Of a DNA stretch of 64,000 nt, positions 25,517 to 36,147 are shown in pieces. The position numbers and the translations under genes were made by a program. Under the pieces are notes generated by a model that was not told the DNA's origin, searched no databases, and saw only the letters and a list, made by a program, of their open reading frames with translations. Position 1 is the stretch's first letter, and every line of letters begins with the position of its first letter. The stretch comes from Mobula hypostoma (taxonomy: Eukaryota): contig NC_086097.1 in NCBI RefSeq assembly GCF_963921235.1, positions 42,534,001 through 42,598,000 on the forward strand, in the 5' to 3' direction.

Positions 25517-26312
25517 ATGTGCAGGAACGAGATAGATCAGATAGTTGAGTGGTGTCATAACAACAACCTTGCACTCAGCGTCAGTAAGACCAAAGAATTG
25601 ATTGTGGACTTCAGAAAGGGTAAGATGAGGGAACACACACCAGTCCTCACAGAGGGATCAGAAGTGCAGAGAAAGAGCAATTTCAAGTTTCTGGGAGTCA
25701 TCTTCTCTGAGAATCTATCCTGTGCCCAACATTTCGACACAGTTACAAAGAAGGCACAACAGTGGATATATTTCATTTGGAGTTTGAGGAGATTGGTATG
25801 TCACCAAAGACACTTTCTACAGATGTACTATGGACAGCATTCTCACCATCTGGTGTGGAGGGGGGCCACTGCACAGGATCAAAATAAGCTGCAGAGAGCT
25901 GTCAACCTAGTCAGCTCCATTATGGGCACTAGCCTCTGTATTCAAGGAGCAATGATTCAAAAAGGTGGCATCCATCATTAAGGACTCCCATCACCCAGGA
26001 CATGTCTTGTTCTCATTGCTACCATCAAGAGGAAAGTACAGGAGTTTGAAGGCACAGACTCAATGATTCAGAAACAGCTTCTTGTCCTCTGCCGTCCAAT
26101 TTCTGAATAGGCATTGAATCTATGAACCTTACTATTTTTTATTTCCATGTTTGCACTACTTATTTAATTTAACTATTTAATACATATAAATACTTACTGT
26201 AATGCATGTGATTTTTCCTCTATTATTATGTATTGCATTGTGCTGCTGCTGGAAAGACAACAGATTTCATGACAAACGCTGGTGATATTAAACCCGATTC
26301 TCATTTTGATTC
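25517..26312 (+). mobile_element. Rex1/Babar LINE 3' fragment
   Basis: WCHNNNLALSVSKTKELIVDFRK...FKFLGV; (GATTCT) tail. Confidence 0.9.
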
Positions 26313-26399
26313 TGCTCACACCCTACAAGTCCAATAAAGGCCAATAAGAAATCTGGGATGGAGGTTGCTTTTTTGAGAGTTTTAACTTCCCTTCAACCC

Positions 26400-27915
26400 T
26401 GTGGGAGGTTAGTGCAGAAATTGCAGGTGCCCTAAAAGAGATATTTAAAATGTCCTTAGCCAGGAGTGAGGTGCTAGGAGATTAGAGGATAGCTAAAGCT
26501 GTTCCATTGTTTAAGAAAGGCTCCGAGAATAAGCCAGGAAAATATAGGCTGGTGAGCCTGACATCAGTAGTGGGTAAGTTATTGGAAGGTATTCTAAGGA
26601 ACCAGATCCAGATATATAAGTATTTGGATCGACAGGGCCTGATTAGGGATAGTCAGCATGGCTTTGTGCATGGTAGTCATGTCTAACCAATCTCATAGAG
26701 TTTTTTCGAGGAAGTTACCAGGAAAGTCGATGAAGGCAAGGCAGTGGATGTTGCCTACATGGACTTCAGCGAGGCTTTTGACAAGGTTCCACATGGAAGG
26801 TAGGTCAAAAAGGCTCAGATGTTGGTAAGGCATTGAAAATGAGTTAGTAAATTGGATTTGACATTAGCTGCACTACAGAAGCCAGAGAGTGGTAGTAGAT
26901 AGTTGCCTCTCTAACTGGAGGCCTGTGACTAGTGGAGTGCTGCAGGGATCAGTGCTGGGTCTGTCGTTGTTAGTCATCTATATAAATTATCTGGATCAGC
27001 AAATTTGAAGATGACACCAAGGTTGGGGGTGTAGTAGACAGCAAGAGAGACTATCAAAATGTGCAGTGGGATCTGGATCAGCTGGAAAAATGGGTTAAAA
27101 TGGCAGGTGGAATTTAATGTAAACAAGTGTGAGACGTTGCATTGTGGGGGGGACAAAGCAAAGTAAGACTTACCCATTAAGCAGAAGGGAAGGAGGAAGT
27201 GCACTGGAACAGAGGAATCTGGGAATTCAGCTCAATAGTGTCTTGAAAGTGGTGTCACAGGTAGATAGAGCCATAAAGAAAGCTTTTGGCACACTGGGCC
27301 TTCATAAATCAAAGTACAGAGTGCAGCAATTGGAAGGTTTTGTTGAAATAGTATAAGATGTTGCTAAGGCTTAATTTGGAGTATGTGTGCAGTTTTGGTC
27401 ACCTACCTACAGGAAAGATGAAAATAAGGTTGAAAGAGTGCAGAGCAAATTTACAAGGACATTGCCAGGACTTGAGGACCTGAGTCATAGAGAAAGGTTG
27501 AATCGGTTGAGACTTTATTCCTTGATCATAGAAGTATGAGGGGAAATTTGATAGAGGTATACAAAATTATGAGAGGTATAGATAGGGTAAATTCAAGCAG
27601 ATTTTTTTCCGCTAGGTTAGGTGAGGCTAGAACTAGGGGTCATGGGTTAAAGATGAAAGGTGAAATGTTTAAGGGCAACATGGAAGGGAACCTCTTCACT
27701 CACAGGGTAGTGAGAGTGTGGAGCAAGCTGCCAGCAGAGGTGATATTGATTTCAACATTCAAGAGAAGTCTGGATGGGTACATGGATGGGAAGGGTATGG
27801 AGGGCTATCGTATGGGGGCTGGTCAATGGGACTAGGCAGATTTATAATTTGGTATGGACCAAGTGGACTGAAGAGCCTATTTCTGTACTGTAGTGTTCTA
27901 CAACTTTGTAACTCT
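26400..27915 (+). mobile_element. CR1 LINE, 5'-truncated and decayed
   Basis: YRLVSLTSVVGK, MDFSEAFDKVPH, TRGHGLKMKGEMFKGNMEGNLFTHRVVRVW. Confidence 0.9.
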
Positions 27916-28739
27916 GTGTGCTAGGACTCAGCATATGATCAATGCACCAGTCTCCACATGACAACAAGTGTACTCTCTGGCTGAGACCTGCTTTAGAATC
28001 AATCTGGACTCCCAAAGATTGAAGTAACTTTATAATAGCTACATACTGACATTTTTAGTGAGGCAGAGCAACTGTGTTATGCTCCTTCCCCCATTCTTGT
28101 CCAGTTGCTCATCTCAAAGTGTGTTTCAATAAATTTCGGGGATGTTACAGCCAGATTAACAGAAGTGTATCCGATGTAGGTGTGTTTGATTGCTAGCCCA
28201 TCTGCTCAGATCCACCCACAATTCTCTCAGGTGTTATGTTCCCTGTTAAATTAAAGTTTGGATTATTCACTAAAGCTGCGTGTTTAGTATTACCAGAATG
28301 TGTAATTAATGTAAGAGCAAGCCTTTCTTTGAATAGTAATTTTTAGAGCAGGTTAAGTTCTCAAAGGGCTGTCTTGCTCGTGAGGCCATGGTGACACTAC
28401 TTCTGATGATACACAGGTGTGAGCTTGACGAGCTGCATGAGCACACAGCTTCCAGGACGATACCCAAAGTGCACTTGCCTTTCCAGCTCAATCCAAATGG
28501 GATACTTTCTCCTCAATCCCATGAGGTGTGGCATGAGTATCAGAGGGAACACTAACAAGTTTCCAGCAGACAGAATTTTGGAATCTTTTACTCTATTTTG
28601 CATTATATTTGAGGTAATGTTTCATAAATCTGTGGGAAGGTCAAGTCACATGATTTAAACATCCAAATAGCGCCTCATGTCCCATCACGCAGAGATCGAT
28701 AAATTCTCTGCAGCAATACTAATCCACTAGATTTTAAAG

Positions 28740-29392
28740 CATTGTCTGCCAGAACAAGTGGGATTTCCCAGTGGCCACCCACTTTAATTCCACTTCCCAC
28801 TCCCGTTCCAATATGTCCATCCATGGCCTCCTCCACTGTCGCGATGAGGCCACTCTTAGGTTGGAGGAACACCACCTTATATTCAGTCTGTGTAGTCTCC
28901 AACCTGATTTCTCAAACTTCTGGTAATACCCCCACCTCTGCTTCACCATTCCCCATCCCCTTTTCCCACTCTCACCCTATCTCCTTGTCTGCCCATCGCC
29001 TCCCTCTGATGCTCCTTCCCCCCTTTTCTTTCTTCCATGGCCTTCTGTTCTCATCTATCACTCTTCTCCTTCTCCAGCCAACTTCCCAGCTCTTTACTTC
29101 ATCCCTCCCCCTTCAGGTTTCACCTATCACCTTTTGTTTCTCTCGCCCCTCCCCTCACCTTTTAAATCTACTCCTCGGCTTTTTTTCCTCCAGTTCCACC
29201 CAATAGTCTCTTTTTTTTTATTAAGTGCAATCATGAACAATAGCCAGATCAGAAGTGCTGATCAAGTCAACTAGTTCCCAAAGAGAACTCTGATAGGCCA
29301 ATCAAATAGTTTGATCAGCCAATCAGCCCAAAACGTCGACTGCTCTCTTTTCCATAGATGCTGCCTAGCCTGCTGAGTTCCTCCAGCAGTTT
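28740..29392 (+). mobile_element. Older PLE 3' fragment (GIY-YIG end and terminal repeat)
   Basis: Homologous to 9410-9990 (GATTTCCCAGTGGCCACCCACTTTAATTCC...TTGGAGGAACACCACCTTATATTC); partial hammerhead tail AAAACGTCGACTG at ~29330. Confidence 0.8.
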
Positions 29393-29394
29393 AG

Positions 29395-30775
29395 ACCACT
29401 AGACCATAAGAAACATGAGCAGAATTAGGCCATCTGTCCCATTGAGTTTGCTCCACCATTCAATCATGGCTGGTCCTTTTTTTTTCTCCTCCTTTACCCC
29501 TGTTCCCAGCCTTCTCCCTGTAACCTTTGATGTCATGTCCAATCAAGAACCTATCAATCTCTGCCTTAAATACACCCAAGAACCTGGCCTCCATAGCTGT
29601 ACGTGGCAACAAATTCCACAAATTCACCACCCTTTGACTAAAGAAATTTCTTCGCATCTCTGTTTTGAAAGGGCACCCCTCTATCCTGTGGCTGTGCCCT
29701 CTTGTCTTAGACTCTCCCACCATGGGAAACATCTCTTTCACATCTACTCTGTCTAGGCCTTTCAACATTTAGAAGGTTTCAATGAGATCACCCCTCTTCC
29801 TACTTAATTCCATCGAGTATGGACCTACAGCCATCAAACATTCCTCATATGAGAACCCTTTCATTCCTGGAATCATCCTTGTGACCTTCTCCAATGCCAG
29901 CACATCTTTTCTAAGATGAAGGGCCCAAAACTGTTCACAATAGTCGAGGTGAGGCCTCACCTGTGCCTTATAAAGCCTCAGGATCACATCCCTGTTCTTA
30001 TATTCTAGACCTCTTGAAATGAATGCTAACACTGCATTTGCCTTCCTCACCACTGACTCAACCTGCAAGTTTACCTTTAAGGTGTTCTGCACAAGGACTC
30101 CCAAGTCCCTTTGTATTGCAGATTTTTTGATTTTCTCCTCGTTTAGAAAATAGTCTACACATTTATTTCTTCTACCAAAGTGCCTGACCATGCATTTTCC
30201 AACATTGTATTTCATTTGCCACTTTCTTGCCCATTCTCCTAACCTGTCTAAGTCCTTCTGCAGCCTACTTTTTCCTCAATACTACCTGCCCCTCCAACAA
30301 TTTCTATATCATCTGCAAACTTGGCAACAAATCCATCTATTCCATCATCTAAATCATTTATTTACAGCAAAAAAAGAAGTGGTCCCAACACTGACCCCTG
30401 CGGAACACCACTAGTCACTTGCAGCCAACCAGAAAAGGATCCTTTTATTCCCACTTGCTGCCTCCTACCAATCAGCCAATGCTCTAACCATGTTAGTAAT
30501 TGTCCTGTAATACCGTGGGCTCTTAACTTGGTAAGCAGCCTCATGTGTGGCATCTTGTCAAAGGCCTCTGAAAGTCCAAATATACAACACCCATTGCATC
30601 CCTTTATCTATCCTACTTGTAATCTCCTCAAAGAATTCCAACCGTCAGGCAGAATTTTCGCTGAAGGAAACCATGCTGCCTTTGTACTATCTTGTCCTGT
30701 GTCACCAAGTACTCCATCACCTCATCCTTAACAATTGACTCTAACATCTTCCCAACCCCTGAAGTCAGCCTAACT
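29395..30775 (-). mobile_element. CR1 LINE, 5'-truncated; same subfamily as 14515-15890
   Basis: ORFs 29460-29768, 29769-30215 and 30362-30553 (SGVPQGSVLGPLLF; MKYNVGKCMVRHFGRRNK). Confidence 0.92.
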
Positions 30776-33649
30776 TTGTGTGTGTTGTTCGCTTTGCTAA
30801 TATAAGGTTCAAACAATAAATACCTAGTTTAGCAGAATTGTTGAGATATTTATTCTTCTGCTTTAGATGACTAATGCTTACACATAAACTATTCCTTTCA
30901 CGGCAGTGTAAATGAATATTATACATTTGTACGGGTAAACAATAACCATTTTTATAAGTTGAAGTTTTAGAAATCAAAGTTTGAAATGTCAACCCATATG
31001 AGTAAATTGATGTGCAATCGTAACACCAAACTAACAATTTGCATCCCACTTAAGTAATTATTTTAACTTATTGCAAAATTGTTGCCATGATTACACAAGG
31101 GAAAGGGCGAAACAAGTGCTAATTCTAAAATTTAGCAAATCGCACATTGAAAATATACAAAATTCAAAGATTCTGCACCAATTGAAATGTATGAGCTGCA
31201 CAATTGCTTTAATTAATATATTGAAATTTTTATCAAGTCATTGAAACTATGAAGTCATATCTTACTGAAGTTTCAATAAATTCATCATAGCACGTAAAAT
31301 ATGAATTACATTTATGTAAAATTAGAACAACTTTTAATAAATACTTAGCTGTGAATCATTATCATTTATATTTATTTTATGGGCAGTTTTTGGGGAACAA
31401 ATTGTCAGCAAAGTGTACCATCTTCTGTGGTTTGGAGGTTCATCCAGGATTCTCAAATACTTGTGAGTAAAATACATTCTGCCTAATGATTTCTTTTGTT
31501 GTTTTTAATTATAAGTTGTCCTGGCTTGACTCCTACAGTTTGCATTTAATCAAATGGCGTTTGTCCTGAATGCTTTAAGGTGTGCAGGAACTATGTGACC
31601 ATCCTGGTTTCTCTGTAATGGTTAATTAACTCCCCATAGAGTGATACAGGAACATGAGAGACACATTGGCTGACGTCTCTGTGTCAAAGTGAGTTAGCCA
31701 CAGCTAAAGATATGAATACAGCTGTACAGCACAGTTCTCTCAACCAGGCTCAGGCTGTTCATTAGGAGTGAAAATGGAAGTGAGCATGTCCTCTTCAAAC
31801 AGTAAAATGCTAGTTCACTTGTCTTTTCCTACTGATGGCTGCAAGCTTAGGAATTAATGTGCTGAAGTAAACTTGAAATGCTTAGGCTGCTTCACAACAC
31901 CTGTCACAATGGAATTCCATTAGCCAAATGAAGAAAAAATGCAGTTAATGTTTAGTAATCAGAAACATGGTAATCCAAAAATAAGTTTTGCTCATTTCCG
32001 TCGATTACTTACAGGAGAAGCTCAAATTATATCTGGTCAAATACATTTCTTTCCTGGAATCTAAGTGTTTAAAATGGCAATCCATAGTCTTTCCTGATTT
32101 CTTCTCAATTGTTTCTTTTTGTATTCCCATATAAAAATAATTAGTGCAAATTATAATCTGTCAAAATTGCAATCAGATTATTGGAATATTTTTATAGTGA
32201 CACCTTCATGCAGCAATTAACTGGAGATGGTATTAGTTAACTAAGGAAAACCAGCTCAAAAGCAGATGCAAAACTCACCTTACTTTCTTTATTCATCTAC
32301 AGTATAAAAACATTGCGTACATATTCAAAAATTGAAAGTACATATATTATCAAAATATGTAGTATGTGGTATATAACCCTGAGGTTCATCTTCCTCACAG
32401 ACAGCCACGTAACAAAGAAAACTACTGAACCCATTCAAAGAAAATCATCAAACCCTCCCCCACACATACATGCAAAAAAAAATCACACAACCAGCAACAA
32501 AAAAAAATGAGAAGAGTCCAGGTATATTCAGTTCAGCTCAGTGCCCAGTATTTGCAGGCTGCCTCGACTCAAAGTTGCCCAAAATAACAACAAAAAAAGG
32601 AGCGACCAGAAACCAGGATCACATCATTGAGTAATGATATTCAAATATTGGGTGAACATGGATTATGCTGAAAGTAACTAATTGTGAACAAATGATTAAA
32701 AAAAATGTGAAAACATGCAACAATTAATCATGGCATTATCTAATTCATGGGATGAAATTCCTTCTTGGTTGCAAACATAATTTGTGTTTATTAATTTAGA
32801 CTTTTGTAATTTATTAATAAAGGCAGGATTAACAATGTGGTTTTTGAGTAAACAGGTTTTCAATCAGTATTTAATTCTGTGGCCTTTATTATTGCAATAT
32901 TTATTCTGTTCATTAATCTGTTTATTATGAAAGACAATTCACTTTTGTTATTTACTATAAAGTAGCATTAATAAATACACTTAAATAGTATTTCCCCTCT
33001 TCGGTTCCACAACTATTTTGCAGAGCAAGCTTTCAAATTGAAAATTGAAAATGAATCTGAAAGATTCCATTTCTCCTTTAGTAATTTTTAAATTTAGCAT
33101 ATTGTCTGTTGAAAGTACTCTTTAAATCCAGGCAATTATTATTCTTCAAAATTTAAAAAAAATACAATAAATATATTCACTTCATTATTTTGCATTGATC
33201 TTTGGGGAAAATAGGTCGGAAGTCAGATATCACAAGAGAGTAAAGCTCCAGGTTTGAATCAATTAATGCTGTAAGTTGCCATTCAAGGAAGTGTAAAAAA
33301 AACACAATGGCATCTAAATTAATACGAAGCTCCATTTGTACATACTGTAGCTGTTCAAATTCCAAAGTAGTTGTCTTCCAGTTCTACCCTGCACCCTATA
33401 TTTTCAACTCTAGAAAACCTCTTTTAAATGGCATTAGTTCTCTATAAACATCATTTCGTTCAAAGGAGAGACATACATTGTTAACTTCACTATGTAGTTT
33501 AATCATATTGCCCCACTTCTTACCAAATTGCACTGATTCTCCTGATGTCATTTCACATTCTTCTTGAATGTTGCCAGGTTCCTCTCTGTCATTTTTGTCA
33601 TTTCATTTTCCCCCAGCTTTTCCTTTCTCCACTCCTATCATTTCCATTC

Positions 33650-33930
33650 AATCCCCATACTTATGATTGTGAGGCTAAGCACAGCTCCAATGCCGTATTT
33701 AAGTTTGCTGAGGACACCACTGTCGTGGGCCGAGTCAAAGGTGGTGACGAATCAGCAGTGGGAGGTGGTTTGGAAATCTGGCTTAGTGGTGCCACAGCAA
33801 CAACCTCCCAGTCAATGTCAGCAAGACCAGGGAGCTGATGATTATTGGCTATAGGAGGAGGAAGCTGGAGGTCCATGAGCCAGTCCTTAACAGGGGAGCA
33901 GAAGTGGAGAGAGTCAGCAGCTTTAAGTTC
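33650..33930 (+). mobile_element. Rex1/Babar RT internal fragment
   Basis: HTYDCEAKHSSNAVFKFAEDTTVVG; EVERVSSFKF. Confidence 0.8.
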
Positions 33931-34306
33931 CGTATTAAGTTCTCATTTACAGAAGTCCCATTATTTCTTCTCACATCACTTCCAACTTTGCCCAACTCTC
34001 CCAATACCCATCTACTTCAGAGCAATTCCCTGCAGCCAATTAATCTAGCTACTGGCATATATTTGGCTTGTGGTAGGGAAGCAAGATGCCTAGGAGAAAC
34101 TAATGTGGTTGTAAGGAGAACATACACCCTCCACACTGACAGCAACGTACAGGATCAAACCTGGATCCCTGGAGTTATGAGGTATAGTAATACACTATTA
34201 CAAAAGCAAGACAGTAAGGCTTAATGTACACATCCACACAAGAACTGATTTTCAAATACAATTTTAATTCAATAAATAAACCTGTTGTTAACTTGTTGCT
34301 GCTTAG

Positions 34307-34489
34307 ATGCCAGAGCATACAACCATTCAATTACTCAAGTGTTTTCGATTCGGAGAGTTGCTCAGAACTGCGCAATGTCTCAACAGGGCTTTGCAGCCAA
34401 ATGGACACAGTGACATTTGAACTTGACAGGGCAGATTTTGCAACAATGAACTTAACGGATTTTGGATTTGGCTTCCATTCATGCATTGA
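34307..34489 (+). CDS. Candidate internal coding exon (phase 2-2) of an unidentified extracellular/luminal glycoprotein
   Basis: Acceptor ttgttgctgcttag and donor GA|gtatgt; 183 nt and open. Translates as CQSIQPFNYSSVFDSESCSELRNVSTGLCSQMDTVTFELDRADFATMNLTDFGFGFHSCI, with 4 Cys and 3 N-X-S/T sequons. CpGs retained; no resemblance to the window's transposons. Confidence 0.6.
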
Positions 34490-34636
34490 GTATGTTTAGC
34501 TTATTGCGTAGCTTCATATAATCCCGATTACAAGAAATTGCTTTGAGAACGTAAAGCTCCTGCTTCTGAAGCCATTTCGCAGAGGAGGGGACTGCAGCAA
34601 GACTTCGGTGTTGGAGCACTCAAAGTGGGTAAAGCA

Positions 34637-36147
34637 TGGCAGATAGTGCAACACTACTACAGCCTGGAGCGTTGGAATTCGGAGATCAATTCTGACGCCA
34701 TCTGTAAGTACGTCCTCCCTCTGAACACATGGGTTTCCTCTGGGCGCTCTGGTTCCCTCACACACCAGGTAGTAGGTTAATTGGTGATTGCAAATTGTCC
34801 TGTGTTTGCTGAGCACCGCGCCCCCCCCAACTCCTACCCCGCTAGTTGGAGTCCACCATAAATGTTTCCAGATACGCAAGTCAGGACAGTATGTTATGGA
34901 GAGCGAGCTGCTGCCCATGCATCGGCCTTCCCCTCTCCATGAAACCGATGAATCCAAAGCATCATCAGAGACCATTACACTTTGGCACCAGTGGCACCTC
35001 AGGAGTTGCCAGTCAGCGTTGAACTTAGAGTAGGACTGCTTTAGGGACTCCAGCTCCAGATTTTTCCCTCAGGATTTACTCCCAAAGCCTTCTCCATGAG
35101 TGGGTATAGCTGCAAAGCAGCAGAGGCTTGAGATCAGAGCTTTACACTGTAGGTAGGTCTCTGAGCAGGTACAGTTTATTGATCCGGTGATTAGACTGGG
35201 GTTAAACACTGTAGGTAGGTCTCTGGGCGGTACAGTTTATTGATCCTGTGATTAGACTGGGGTTAAACACTGTAGGTAGGTCTCTGAGCAGGTACAGTTT
35301 ATTGATCCTGTGATTAGACTGGGGTTAAACACTGTAGGTAGGTCTCTGGGCGGTACAGTTTATTGATCCTGTGATTAGACTGGGGTTAAACACTGTAGGT
35401 AGGTCTCTGAGCAGGTACAGTTTATTGATCCGGTGATTAGACTGGGGTTAAACACTGTAGGTAGGTCTCTGAGCAGGTACAGTTTATTGATCCGGTGATT
35501 AGACTGGGGTTAAACACTGTAGGTAGGTCTCTGGGCGGTACAGTTTATTGATCCTGTGATTAGACTGGGGTTAAACACTGTAGGTAGGTCTCTGGGCGGT
35601 ACAGTTTATTGATCCTGTGATTAGACTGGGGTTAAACACTGTAGGTAGGTCTCTGGGCGGTACAGTTTATTGATCCTGTGTTTAGACTGGGGTTAAACAC
35701 TGTAGGTAGGTCTCTGAGCAGGTACAGTTTATTGATCCGGTGATTAGACTGGGGTTAAACACTGTAGGTAGGTCTCTGAGCAGGTACAGTTTATTGATCC
35801 TGTGATTAGACTGGGGTTAAACACTGTAGGTAGGTCTCTGAGCAGGTACAGTTTATTGATCCTGTGATTAGACTGGGGTTAAACACTGTAGGTAGGTCTC
35901 TGGGCGGTACAGTTTATTGATCCTGTGATTAGACTGGGGTTAAACACTGTAGGTAGGTCTCCGGGCGGTACAGTTTATTGATCCTGTGATTAGACTGGGG
36001 TTAAACACTGTAGGTAGGTCTCTGAGCAGGTACAGTTTATTGATCCTGTGTTTAGACTGGGGTTAAACACTGTAGGTAGGTTTCCAGGTGGTACAGCTTG
36101 TTGGGCCAGAAAGTTCTGTTCCACTGTGAATCTAAATAAATAAATAA
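34637..36147 (+). mobile_element. tRNA-derived SINE split by an insertion (~34810-35140) and the minisatellite
   Basis: The 5' half (34637-34806) and 3' end (36082-36147, TTGGGCCAGAAAG...TAAATAAATAAATA) match the uninterrupted SINE at 62825-63120. Confidence 0.7.
35144..36081. repeat. Minisatellite: 15 full copies and 1 partial copy of a 61/62-bp unit
   Basis: Unit ACACTGTAGGTAGGTCTCTG(AGCAG|GGCG)GTACAGTTTATTGATCC(G/T)GTGATTAGACTGGGGTTAA; no spacers. Confidence 0.98.

Noticed and set aside
28417..28613. Exon-like stretch ending GAG|gtaatg
   Set aside because: Weak acceptor, ambiguous frame and no recognisable protein features.
35144..36081. CRISPR array
   Set aside because: Units are contiguous with no unique spacers, there are no cas genes, the context is eukaryotic, and the unit derives from a SINE.
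35144..36081. Retrozyme or ribozyme-bearing satellite
   Set aside because: No CUGANGA/GAAA hammerhead core on either strand of the unit.
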